Assembly: GCA_043513745.1 (NCBI GenBank)
Contig: CP121341.1
Span: 298,599 to 362,598 of the forward strand
Length of the DNA: 64,000 nt
Source: Hyphomonadaceae bacterium
GTDB lineage: Bacteria; Pseudomonadota; Alphaproteobacteria; Caulobacterales; Hyphomonadaceae
Direction: 5' to 3'
Shown here: positions 49,138 through 58,429 of the stretch, piece by piece
Numbering within the stretch: the stretch's first letter is position 1
Layout of the letters: every line of letters begins with the position of its first letter
The notes under the pieces: generated by a model
What the model was told of the DNA's origin: nothing
What the model saw: only the letters and a program-made list of their open reading frames with translations
Database searches by the model: none
Program-made: the position numbers and the translations under genes

Positions 49138-51053
49138 TCCATTGGGAAGTAATCACTATCGTCGCTTCGATCCAACGCCGCGAGTTTTGCGCGTTTGCTG
49201 GACTGCTCATCCGCGTCATCTGCGACCGCAACGTTCGGTTCGGACTGGCATGATCGTTCAATCTCTGCGCTTTCTGATCGTTCTGGAAGCTCCATCTCTA
49301 ACTGTCTGCCTGAGGACGTCGTCGCGCCAGACGAGGTCAGCGAAAATCTAATCGAAGCACAAATAGGTCTGGGTTCATCTTCAAGCTTTGGCGGGGCAAA
49401 CACGCGTGACGTAAAATTTCTGTCCTTGAAGTATCGAAGCTTCTTGGCTCGAACCGGTGGACACCCCGCCACCATCACAATCTCCTCGTTTGGAGCCAGT
49501 TGCATGACTTCGCCCTGCGTCACGAGCGGCCGGCTGGTTTCCTGCCGCGAGACCATCATGTGAGATAACCATGGCGCAAGCCGGTGACCGGCATAGTTCT
49601 TTTGAGATCTGAGCTCGGTCTTTGTGCCAAGCGCTTCTGAAACGCGCTTGGCTGTGCGCTCATCATTAGTCGCAAACGCGACCCGGACGTGACAATTGTC
49701 GAGGATAGAGTTGCTCGGACCATATGCTTTCTCGATCTGATTGAGCGACTGCGCGATCAAAAACGCGCGGATCCCGAAGCCCGCCATATACCCAAGCGAC
49801 TCTTCAAAGAACTGAAATCGTCCGAGCGCCGGAAACTCATCCAGCATCAAAAGCAATTGACGTCGCTCGGTACTAGCCAAACGTTCAGTGAGCCGTTTCA
49901 GAATTTGATTTAAAATCAGCCGAATGAGCGGCTTTGTTCGCGAAATGTCGGATGGCGGTATGACGAAGTAAAGCGAGGTCGGGCGCGCAGCATTGACGAT
50001 ATCATTGACGCACCAATCGCTTGCGCCAGTTACTGAAGCGATGATTGGATCGCGGTAAAGCGTTAGAAAACTCATGGCCGTGGAGAGCACGCCCGAACGC
50101 TCATTCTCCGATTTGTTCAGAAGCTCGCGCGCAACCTGCGCAATCGTATCTTTGACATCGTGCTGCGCATGTTTGGCTTTGAGCATGACGCCGAGCGTCT
50201 TCTCAAACGTCCGAGAAGGATCAGAAAGAAACCGCGCGCACCCTGCAAGCGTTTTATCGTCTTCGACATAGAGCATATGAAGGATCGCACCGACAAGCAG
50301 TGCATGGGCTGTTTTCTCCCAGTGACTGCTCCGTTCAAGACTACCTTCTGGATCGACCAAAATGTCTGCAATATTTTGAACATCACGCACCACATTCAGA
50401 TCGAGGCGAACTTCAGCAAGCGGATTGTATCGCGGCGAGGCCGGATCGGTGGGGTCAAACCGGATGCAGCGTGAGAACTTCGATCGCCATCCGGACGTCA
50501 GGTCCCAGTTCTCCCCTTTTATGTCATGAATGATCGTGCTCCCAGTCCAGGAAAGCAGAGTCGGGATGACGAGCCCGACGCCTTTACCCGATCGCGTTGG
50601 TGCAAAAGCGAGAACATGTTCGGGGCCGGCATGGCGAAGGTACTTTCCGTCCCATGTCCCAAGGAAGACGCCGTCATTCTTCAAGAGTCCAGCTTTGCGA
50701 ACATCACTCTCATCAGCCCACCGCGCGGAGCCGTAAGTTGTGACATTTCGCTCATAGCGGCTGCGCCAGACGGACCCCATCACTGCTGCAACGATACCAA
50801 GCAGACCGCCGCTTGCTGCGATCATGCCCGCTTGAGTGAAGATCTCTGGAGCGTAGGCTTCATAAGCGTACCACCATTGAAACAGGCGCCATGGTTTGTA
50901 GACGGGCGTTTCGAGAGCAACGAACCATGGCGCGCCCAATGCAGGTTGAAAATCGAGTTGATGAGCGATCCATTGGGTCGCGCCCCAAACCGTTCCGATA
51001 ATGATCGCGAAAACAATGACGATTTGACCGATCAAAATTTTTGCTGGGGTCAT
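49134..51053 (-). CDS. traG: Type IV coupling protein TraG/VirD4
   Basis: APTRSGKG, HDIKGEN, LDEFPALG, AQSLNQ. Confidence 0.96.
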   Translation of the reverse strand: MTPAKILIGQIVIVFAIIIGTVWGATQWIAHQLDFQPALGAPWFVALETPVYKPWRLFQWWYAYEAYAPEIFTQAGMIAASGGLLGIVAAVMGSVWRSRYERNVTTYGSARWADESDVRKAGLLKNDGVFLGTWDGKYLRHAGPEHVLAFAPTRSGKGVGLVIPTLLSWTGSTIIHDIKGENWDLTSGWRSKFSRCIRFDPTDPASPRYNPLAEVRLDLNVVRDVQNIADILVDPEGSLERSSHWEKTAHALLVGAILHMLYVEDDKTLAGCARFLSDPSRTFEKTLGVMLKAKHAQHDVKDTIAQVARELLNKSENERSGVLSTAMSFLTLYRDPIIASVTGASDWCVNDIVNAARPTSLYFVIPPSDISRTKPLIRLILNQILKRLTERLASTERRQLLLMLDEFPALGRFQFFEESLGYMAGFGIRAFLIAQSLNQIEKAYGPSNSILDNCHVRVAFATNDERTAKRVSEALGTKTELRSQKNYAGHRLAPWLSHMMVSRQETSRPLVTQGEVMQLAPNEEIVMVAGCPPVRAKKLRYFKDRNFTSRVFAPPKLEDEPRPICASIRFSLTSSGATTSSGRQLEMELPERSESAEIERSCQSEPNVAVADDADEQSSKRAKLAALDRSDDSDYFPMD

Positions 51054-51147
51054 TGAGCGCTCGCAGACAATTCAAACATGCGATGCAATCTGCCGAAACG
51101 AACATGCGGCGCCTAGTTGGAGCGCAAGCAAACGCCTGCAAATCCGA

Positions 51148-53025
51148 TCATCGGCTCAGTCCACGCGTTCGGGAGCGAGTGATTGAGAATCTGATCCCAG
51201 AGGGTGTGCGCTCGATAGACAAATCTCGTCCCCGCAGATGAGTCAGGTCACGCCGCCATGGGACCAGCGTGAATTCCTTGCCATTACTCAGCAGTGCCAT
51301 TCTCCCCTGCCCCAGATCCAAGTGTCCTTTGTAGCGACCTCGGAACTGGTCACCAGTGGAAAGCGCCCGGTAAGTCTCTCCTGTGTTCAAGGCATGCGCT
51401 TTCGCAGCCTCATACAACTCGGCCTGCGCCATGGCTGTCTTATCCGGCGATCCGCGCGCCTTCAGAACGAGGTGTCGTTTTTCAATCGCAGACCTTAAAT
51501 TAGGGATCTCATTGTCGCTCAATCTATCCAACCAGACAGGACCGCGAGACTCAATCTGATCGGCGATGCTGAGCCAGGATTTCACGGCGACTTTCGGCCC
51601 ACCGCGTGAACGTTCGAATGCTGCAGCCCGTTTCAGATAATCATCTGGAATATCCCAGGTGCCATCCGGTTGCCGCTGTACGATACCCGTACGGCGCAAG
51701 GATTCTAATCTTCGCTTATGGGTTTCCCGATAAGCGGCTGTAGATGAGGGATCGAATGCCGCGTGAAGGTCATTCGAATAGAACCCACCATTTCGTTCGG
51801 CGATTTTGTCGATGGTTCGGTCTGCGGGTCGCGGTTCGCCCGCGCACTGCGCAACCTCGATGATGGCGCCGTCGGCAAGCGCAAGATTTTCACCGCCAGG
51901 GACATGCCAAGTGACCCCTTCAAAATCGCGGACAATGAGGAACCGTCGATCTCGCAATTCGTCATCCGGACCAGATTTCAGAACTTCTCCTAAAAGAGCC
52001 GGTTCATCACCCGATCTATCACCCCACAACTTGAGAGCATTTTCTGTGATTTGAGCGCTGTGTTCAGCCGCGAGAGAACGGATAACATCACCGCGTCGGC
52101 CCATCGAGTTTAGAGTTCTTTCCCACCCTCGTTTCATCTGCCATTGATGAGCGCCATCTGGTTTAGCGAGATGTCGCGATTGAAGATGCGCCAGCCGGCG
52201 CAGATGGAGGTTGCGATCGAAACGGTCTCTCGTGCCCGATGCAGGCTCTATGATAATTCGATCATCGCGTTCCAGATCCGCGAGCTTTTGGTCAAGGCCC
52301 GTGAATCGATCTTGCGAGACCTCTGATTGCTGTGCTCGAATAATTTCAAGATCGCGCCGGGGGCCAAGCCTGCGCGTGGCCAACTCTTCTGCACGTCGGC
52401 GAAGACCTTGGGTCAGATAGTTTCTTGCGATGACCAGATCGCGTCCGCGACCGTCTCGCCCTCGGATCACAATATGCGTATGTGGGTGACCGGTATTGTG
52501 GTGATCAACGGCGACCCAGTCGAGCTTCTGGCCCAGGTCGGATTCCATTTGCGCCATCAGTGTTCTCGTATTGGATTTAAGATCCTCAAACGCATGCCCA
52601 TCTTCAGGCGACACGATGATCCTGAATTGGTGTCGGTCGGACTCGCTGTTCTTGAGGAACCGGCGTCGATCAACCTTTCCGCCTTCTCGCGTATAGAGAT
52701 CACCGCCCGCGCCATCTCGATCGACGCCATCTCGTTGAAGATAGCCGAGATGGGCGCGAAACGCCCCTAATCCGCTCCTGCCACGGGCTCGGGCAATATG
52801 GACTTTGACGACCACTCGGCGCATTCGAAATCGCGGCAATGATGAGGACGCAAATCGAACAGCGCTTCCACGACCAATTCGCGCGCCGGTAAAGCCAGGC
52901 TTTTTGGGACCACGGTTTAACCTGGCCGCAGCACGCGTGATTTTGCTCCGAGCGCTCCGCCCGCTTCCACGCCCAAGATCGCGGATCCTGCCAAGCCGAG
53001 GCGTAAAGTCAAAATCCTCGCTCAT
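51148..53025 (-). CDS. VirD2/RlxS-like MOBP relaxase (DUF3363)
   Basis: RRVVVK, HLGYLQRDG, FRIIVSPED, DHHNTGHPHTH; start trimmed to MSEDFDF. Confidence 0.93.
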   Translation of the reverse strand: MSEDFDFTPRLGRIRDLGRGSGRSARSKITRAAARLNRGPKKPGFTGARIGRGSAVRFASSSLPRFRMRRVVVKVHIARARGRSGLGAFRAHLGYLQRDGVDRDGAGGDLYTREGGKVDRRRFLKNSESDRHQFRIIVSPEDGHAFEDLKSNTRTLMAQMESDLGQKLDWVAVDHHNTGHPHTHIVIRGRDGRGRDLVIARNYLTQGLRRRAEELATRRLGPRRDLEIIRAQQSEVSQDRFTGLDQKLADLERDDRIIIEPASGTRDRFDRNLHLRRLAHLQSRHLAKPDGAHQWQMKRGWERTLNSMGRRGDVIRSLAAEHSAQITENALKLWGDRSGDEPALLGEVLKSGPDDELRDRRFLIVRDFEGVTWHVPGGENLALADGAIIEVAQCAGEPRPADRTIDKIAERNGGFYSNDLHAAFDPSSTAAYRETHKRRLESLRRTGIVQRQPDGTWDIPDDYLKRAAAFERSRGGPKVAVKSWLSIADQIESRGPVWLDRLSDNEIPNLRSAIEKRHLVLKARGSPDKTAMAQAELYEAAKAHALNTGETYRALSTGDQFRGRYKGHLDLGQGRMALLSNGKEFTLVPWRRDLTHLRGRDLSIERTPSGIRFSITRSRTRGLSR

Positions 53026-53069
53026 TTGACCTGCACCACGCCTGAGCCCCGTAAATATTGCGCGCTCAA

Positions 53070-53231
53070 GCGAAACCTGCACTGCAATACCGTGCAAAGG
53101 ACACTAAAAAATCGATGTGCAGACAATGTCTTATGCGCCGGATGGTGCATGAGCTTTAATCTTGCCCTACCGGGTCCGCTATCAACTTCCGCCATTTTCC
53201 TTGCACCGCTTTGCATGCGCTTGCACCGCTT
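53070..53231. other. Putative oriT
   Basis: TAATCTTG^CCC (53157-53167) resembles the MOBP nic consensus YATCCTG^Y; TTGCACCGCTT direct repeats at 53201 and 53221; lies between traF and the relaxase. Confidence 0.5.
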
Positions 53232-53731
53232 CATCGCGAGACATCAAAGAGGAGGACGGCGATGCCGTCCAAGTCTTTACGTTTTGTGACCCCAAAATAG
53301 CGTCCATCGAGTGATTTTGGGTGTACGTTGAGCAAGAAAATTTCATCTTCTGAAAGCATGAAGCATCCGCTCCAAACCGGTAATTCTCGTTGCAAATCGT
53401 CTTGCTTAAGAGCTATTGCGCGGACCTCGCCGTTGATGAGAATGATCTCATTTTCACGGCATATTTTATCGCCTGGCAGTCCAGCGATCTGCTTCACAAG
53501 AGGCCAATCTTCGCCAACATATCCATTATGTTGAGCCCATTGGCTGCCATCGCTTTTGGGTGAAAGGACGGCCCAACGATCATAAGCGACAGGGCCGTCT
53601 TTCACCCAATAAAGACCGATCGGTGTACTCGCAGTCCGGTTCCAGACCAAGCGCTTCTGATGGCCAAGAAATGGTGCGAAAATGAGCGCTCCAATCGCCA
53701 TCAGGCCCAGGCCCAAACTCAGCCATTTCAT
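53231..53731 (-). CDS. traF: S26-family peptidase TraF
   Basis: WNRTASTPIGLY, PLVKQIAGLPGD, SLDGRYFG. Confidence 0.9.
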   Translation of the reverse strand: MKWLSLGLGLMAIGALIFAPFLGHQKRLVWNRTASTPIGLYWVKDGPVAYDRWAVLSPKSDGSQWAQHNGYVGEDWPLVKQIAGLPGDKICRENEIILINGEVRAIALKQDDLQRELPVWSGCFMLSEDEIFLLNVHPKSLDGRYFGVTKRKDLDGIAVLLFDVSR

Positions 53732-53970
53732 GAGTCTTTGCGAATACGCTGCGATGTCGAGGCGTAGCTGTTTCGCTCAGACCAACGGATCAGTTCAGGC
53801 TTGGGATAGAATACCCGCGCGCCATGCTTGCGATAGATTGGGCCACGTCCTTCGCAGCGATAATGGTCCAGCGTGGACCGGGTAAGGCGTAGGAATTTCG
53901 CTGCCTCTGTAACGGTCAGAAGTTCTGGCCAGTCGCCTGCTTCTAGTCTTGGGTTCGTAGATTCTGACAT
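53728..53970 (-). CDS. RdfS-like HTH_17 recombination directionality factor
   Basis: LLTVTEAAKFLRL..TLDHYRCEGRGPIYRKHGARVFY; upstream of traF, as in ICESym rdfS-traF-rlxS. Confidence 0.8.
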   Translation of the reverse strand: MSESTNPRLEAGDWPELLTVTEAAKFLRLTRSTLDHYRCEGRGPIYRKHGARVFYPKPELIRWSERNSYASTSQRIRKDS

Positions 53971-54095
53971 GTTCGATCTCCCTGTTTCGTCTTGGTGTCG
54001 ATGGGAGAGCCTTGCGGGAATATGCGGCAGGTCGGGAGCGGAAAAATGAGATGGAGAGGTTTTTCCCCTGCGCGCTTAACCATACCATTCATACT

Positions 54096-54126
54096 AAAAA
54101 CCGCGCCGAGAATGGTCTCGGCGCGG
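54096..54126 (-). terminator. Rho-independent terminator after DUF736
   Basis: CCGCGCCGAG-N6-CTCGGCGCGG then TTTTT on the minus strand. Confidence 0.8.
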
Positions 54127-54150
54127 CTCTGACTGAGATAGGGATTTAGC

Positions 54151-54474
54151 CTAGTCGCGTGGGCTCCAGAGGATCACATGACGCCCTTTCTTGCCTTTGA
54201 CCGGGGCGAGGTTCGCATAGATCCGACGCGGTCCGATTTGCGGATCAGCCAGAGTGAGCGATACATATTCGCGGCCCGATGCTTTGGCTTTTCTGAGCCA
54301 TCCCCCGCCGATTTCTGTAGTCGTTTCGCCTGCGAAGATGCGATAATCGGGCTGTCCGTCAGTGGTCTTTTCCTCATTCTTTGCAATGCGGATCGAGGCT
54401 GACAGGTTCATCATGGCGAGCATGCCTTCAAATCCGGTTTTCGTTTCGCTGACATATCCAAGTGCGTTTGCCAT
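54151..54474 (-). CDS. DUF736 family protein
   Basis: QPDYRIF..EIGGGW..SGREYVSLTLADP; true start MANALGY. Confidence 0.88.
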   Translation of the reverse strand: MANALGYVSETKTGFEGMLAMMNLSASIRIAKNEEKTTDGQPDYRIFAGETTTEIGGGWLRKAKASGREYVSLTLADPQIGPRRIYANLAPVKGKKGRHVILWSPRD

Positions 54475-54499
54475 TTTAAGTCTCCTTTTCGTTTCTTTG

Positions 54500-54710
54500 G
54501 CGTGTCTTCGGGAAGCTTCATGCCCCGTCGACGCCGGACCGAAAGGCCGCTGAAATTGCCTTCTGAACCCAACGGGGCGGAGCGTACGCGGAGCACGGGG
54601 GAGAACAGGAATTTTGCTGCGCGAGGAGGCGCGCCAGCGCCGGGGAAAATTCCTGTTTGGACCCGTTTCAGATGGCGGTTTCAGCGGCCAGGTCCTCCAG
54701 GCAAGAGACG
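54500..54710. promoter_or_regulatory. Long nested stem-loop upstream of DUF736 (ssDNA-promoter-like)
   Basis: ggccgctgaaa 54545 / tttcagcggcc 54679; aacaggaatttt 54604 / aaaattcctgtt 54646; ggacc/ggtcc. Confidence 0.6.
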
Positions 54711-54832
54711 GGTCTTGAGGCTGATAAGAAAGCAACAGTAACGAAGGAAAACTGTTGCAATAAAACGGGAAATTCAAAGAGAAACGAGCCGGGCTCGAAG
54801 TCCAGCTCGCCCTGATCGATCTGGCATTTTAG

Positions 54833-56566
54833 TTACGATGCGCCTGCATTGATGGCATCGAACAGTCTGCTCACCCGCTCCCAGGCATCCGCAGGTGGTG
54901 AAGGTGCATCTGAAATAATTCGGCGAGGTGGCACCGACATCCAATCGGGTTGCCAATCAGAATTTTGATCACACCCTATCCCGTCAATTCGGTTTGTGAT
55001 GACCTGTTTTTGAACCTTCGCCGTGTCAGTGCGGCATTCATCGGCGAGGGTTTTGGACCCAATGTCTTCGACCATGGCATTGATGGCGCGTTTGTCCCTG
55101 ACCAAAGTCCAGAAGGTCTCGTCCGGTTGCCAATATTTGGACGGGTCAGCCTCGCAGACATGCAGTACGGCTTCGACCACATTGCCGCCTGCTTCGAGCG
55201 TTTCAGACATGACAAAGGCGACAATATCGAACACATCTTCATCGCTCATCTGGAGTAAGGCGGCGAATATCTCGACCAGACGATAGCTATCTGAATTGCG
55301 GCGCGCTTTGCCATTTACACCTTTGTCTTGGAACAGAGTATCGACTTTTCCTCCAGCCGTTTTGAGCTCGCTCGCCGGAATGCTTGCTTCCACGCTGGCG
55401 CGAGTTTCGGGCGTGCGCGTGCGGCATTCATGGGCGCGAACATCCCAAAGCGCGCTGCCCGTCATCGCATGGGCGATCATCAATCGAAGCGCGATGGCCG
55501 GGCGTTTCAACAGGCTCGCCTGCGCAACCCCGTGGCGATGAAGCAGAATGTATTCAGCCAAAGGCCCGCTCATTTCTGGTTTGATCGGTGCCGTGTTGTC
55601 TGGTTTACCGTTCGAACTTTTCTCCCGACGCCGGGCCTCGGCCTGTGTAAGATATCCCTCGTGAAACGTAACCGTTCCGTCGTGGCGGATTTCGACAAAG
55701 ACTTTTCCGCCCTCCTCCAGCGGGGTCGCCACATGCTCCCATCGCTGAAAGTAATGCCCGCGCTCAAGGCAGATCACATCGCACCATCCAGCATTTTCGA
55801 ACGCATCGACTTTTTCCGAGATCGACTTCGACTGCGCCGCCCAAAACGTGTCCGGGTCGGCAAACACGCCATGATCTCCGAACAGATCGCCAATGATATC
55901 GCCTTCGAAGTGCTCAAGATCAAACAGAGCTTTATCGGTCGTGATCGACACCCCGCCTGTCACCCAAGCGCGGCAGCTTCTCCCAATCGGAGCGCGCTCA
56001 TTTTCGCTATTATGCAGTCGGACCCATTCTGCTTGCTGGACTTCGGTCGCAAGGGTCAGTGCCCGGATCGTCGACCGGTCAATTTCCTCGTCAGCATAGA
56101 GTTTCCGGATGGGCGCTATTAATGAGGCGAGCGCCATAACCCGTCTGACCAGCAATTCTGTGACACCGAAGAAATTGGCGATTTCGTCAATGCTTCGCCC
56201 TTCATCGGAAAGGCGCTTGAAGGCGGTGTATTGTTCCATCTCGCTTGCAGGCAAGCGTCCGACATTTTCGATGACGGAGGCTTCAATGGCTGCGGCAGCA
56301 TCATTCTCCGGCATAACCGCGCATGGGATGAGTGGGACCTGCCCCGTTTCTTTCGCGATCTCTTTTAGCGCGAAGAACCGACGCCGACCGGCAACGATGC
56401 CATAGCCCTTGCCCTCCTTGCGCACGAGCAAAGTCTGGCGAATGCCGCGTTCGCGGATGGACGGCAAAATGTCTGACACGTCAGGTTTCTTGCGCCCATG
56501 GCGCATATTGAGCTTGCTGACTTTCAACTGGTCGAGCGGAATGTGATTGAGGTCTGGGTGAGCCAT
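54833..56566 (-). CDS. ParB/Spo0J-like protein of the ICE leading region
   Basis: SIRERGIRQTLLVR, AGRRRF, ASVIEN..R; start trimmed to MAHPDL. Confidence 0.88.
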   Translation of the reverse strand: MAHPDLNHIPLDQLKVSKLNMRHGRKKPDVSDILPSIRERGIRQTLLVRKEGKGYGIVAGRRRFFALKEIAKETGQVPLIPCAVMPENDAAAAIEASVIENVGRLPASEMEQYTAFKRLSDEGRSIDEIANFFGVTELLVRRVMALASLIAPIRKLYADEEIDRSTIRALTLATEVQQAEWVRLHNSENERAPIGRSCRAWVTGGVSITTDKALFDLEHFEGDIIGDLFGDHGVFADPDTFWAAQSKSISEKVDAFENAGWCDVICLERGHYFQRWEHVATPLEEGGKVFVEIRHDGTVTFHEGYLTQAEARRREKSSNGKPDNTAPIKPEMSGPLAEYILLHRHGVAQASLLKRPAIALRLMIAHAMTGSALWDVRAHECRTRTPETRASVEASIPASELKTAGGKVDTLFQDKGVNGKARRNSDSYRLVEIFAALLQMSDEDVFDIVAFVMSETLEAGGNVVEAVLHVCEADPSKYWQPDETFWTLVRDKRAINAMVEDIGSKTLADECRTDTAKVQKQVITNRIDGIGCDQNSDWQPDWMSVPPRRIISDAPSPPADAWERVSRLFDAINAGAS

Positions 56567-56598
56567 AGTGGTCTCCTGCTGGGGTAAATTGAAATTGC

Positions 56599-57168
56599 TC
56601 ACCGACACCAAAAGATGTGCACTTCATCGAAATGCATCTCGATGGTGAACACATCGCCGTTCAGCGCCAGGTCCTGACCCATTCCGGCCCAGTCGATGTA
56701 GAATTGGAAGGCTTCCGGAATCTCCGGGCCGGTTTCTAGCGTTAGGGATTCGGCGAAATCCGCGAGTGAAGTGTAACACCCCGCGTAGTCGTCAAAAGCC
56801 GCTTTTGCCTGTTCGAGGTCACCGCAATAGTGTTCGCAGACTTTTGCTCCGAGTTCGCCGCGCTCGTTGATAAACTCCACGAGATCGCAGACCCAGTCGA
56901 ATCCGGCATATTCTGAAATCGGTGCGCCCTCGAACCCGTCATAGTCGTGAATGGCCCATTCTTCAGCACCCGGCTCAGGGCTCCCATTCAGCATCTGGCG
57001 CACTTCAGCCCAGATATGATCTTGTCCCTTATCCGCACTGATCCAGCGCCCATGCAGTCGGCCCGCATTGTAGGCTGCCAAACACGCCACATAGATACGA
57101 GGTGTGTCCTTCAGAGGTGATCCGGTGGTACCGACAAGGGGTGCAGGTGTCAGCGGTGTAGCGCTCAT
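56599..57168 (-). CDS. ardA: Antirestriction protein ArdA
   Basis: RIYVACLAAYNAGRLHGRWI, EEWAIHDYDGF, YIDW; acidic. Confidence 0.92.
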   Translation of the reverse strand: MSATPLTPAPLVGTTGSPLKDTPRIYVACLAAYNAGRLHGRWISADKGQDHIWAEVRQMLNGSPEPGAEEWAIHDYDGFEGAPISEYAGFDWVCDLVEFINERGELGAKVCEHYCGDLEQAKAAFDDYAGCYTSLADFAESLTLETGPEIPEAFQFYIDWAGMGQDLALNGDVFTIEMHFDEVHIFWCR

Positions 57169-57194
57169 ATCTCATCTCCGTCCCGCCCCGCATT

Positions 57195-57378
57195 CCTTTC
57201 CCGACAGGCGGGATGGGGCGGCAGGAAAGAGCGACAGCCAGAGCGCACAAGGGCTGGCCGCAAGGGTTCAGGTAGGAGACTTTCAAACGATCTGAGGGCT
57301 CACCACATCCGGTTCCCTTGCGGACTGACCGCGCTCTGGCAGGCGCGCTGTCCGCCCCAGACCGACTGCTGGGAAAGC
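57195..57378. promoter_or_regulatory. Long nested stem-loop upstream of ardA (ssDNA-promoter-like)
   Basis: ctttccc/gggaaag, ggggcgg/ccgcccc, ccagagcgc 57238 / gcgctctgg 57331, ccgcaaggg 57258 / cccttgcgg 57315. Confidence 0.65.
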
Positions 57379-57499
57379 TCTACTTATTGAGGCTGCTCAG
57401 GATTCCATGACTGATGGGCGAGCAAAAGGAGACGAAACGTTCCCCATCGAAGATCTTGTTTTCGTTACAATCGACTGACGATTGCGCTACAAGCACGCC

Positions 57500-58030
57500 A
57501 TGAAGAATGTTGAACCCAAACATTTGGCTGCAGCCGAGCAACTCATAGCCGATCTGGAACGGTTCGATGAAATTACTGTGTTGGTCCTGAATGGACATTT
57601 GATACTCGATCGACTGCTGACGGAAGGTATTGAAAATTTTGTGCTGCATCCGAGTAAGTTGGATGGTGCACGACTTTCTTTTTCGCAAAAGCTCCAACTA
57701 GCAAGGTCTATGTCCACTAGTTCGCAAGATAGCACGATGTGGAAGCTCATAGAAAAGGTGAACCGGGTGCGAAACGTGTTAGCTCATGGCGACACTAAAA
57801 TATCTCAAACCAGAGCGTTTGAGGCGCTAAGAAGTCAGTATTTTCAAGAGTTCCCAAGCGTTCCAGGCCTCGCTAATGAGAAAATGACCGAAACCATGCT
57901 TTGGGTTTGTGCTATCGCCGCAACCAAAGGTTTCTTGGTGAAATTTTGTGAAGAAGTGGGTCGCCTGAAGGAACACGTCATTGCACTGGATAAGGTATTG
58001 AATGATGGTCAACTGAGCGGCGACCGGTGA
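57500..58030 (+). CDS. HEPN-like (MtlR-type) protein
   Basis: GHLILDRLL, LSFSQKL and RNVLAH (Rx4H) motifs. Confidence 0.65.
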   Translation: MKNVEPKHLAAAEQLIADLERFDEITVLVLNGHLILDRLLTEGIENFVLHPSKLDGARLSFSQKLQLARSMSTSSQDSTMWKLIEKVNRVRNVLAHGDTKISQTRAFEALRSQYFQEFPSVPGLANEKMTETMLWVCAIAATKGFLVKFCEEVGRLKEHVIALDKVLNDGQLSGDR

Positions 58031-58058
58031 GCCGTTTCGTGAATGCGGAGGAACGTTT

Positions 58059-58349
58059 GTGTTAAATGATAGGTACTTTGGACCACTAGAGTTCGAAGTC
58101 GATGCGACCTTGAATGGTATGATCGTCGGCGATGCCATCGTACCATCTGGAATCGAAGTTCTAATTGCCGGAATGGTGACAGGAAACCTGATTGTCAAAA
58201 ATGACGGAGCGGCGATCGTGTACGGCAAGATTAATGGCTCGATCATAAATGAAGGCGGACTTGTGAAAGTTTTTGGTATGGTCCGCGATGTACAAGACAA
58301 AGGCTCCACGAGATCTCATATTGATGAGAATGCCGTCGTGACGGGTTAG
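58059..58349 (+). CDS. Small bactofilin-like beta-helix protein
   Basis: Repeats of G.I.G.(L/I).(V/I); GTG start after GGAGG. Confidence 0.6.
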   Translation: MLNDRYFGPLEFEVDATLNGMIVGDAIVPSGIEVLIAGMVTGNLIVKNDGAAIVYGKINGSIINEGGLVKVFGMVRDVQDKGSTRSHIDENAVVTG

Positions 58350-58429
58350 TATTGGAGGGCCGGCCGATGTTGCGCGCGATATGGCCATCCTGTATTTGTA
58401 TAGATAGCAGGTGACTACTGGAGACCGCA

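Noticed and set aside
54475-54777. N-terminal extension of the DUF736 ORF
   Set aside because: It lies within the structured non-coding hairpin; an RBS (AAGGAG) precedes MANALGY at 54474.
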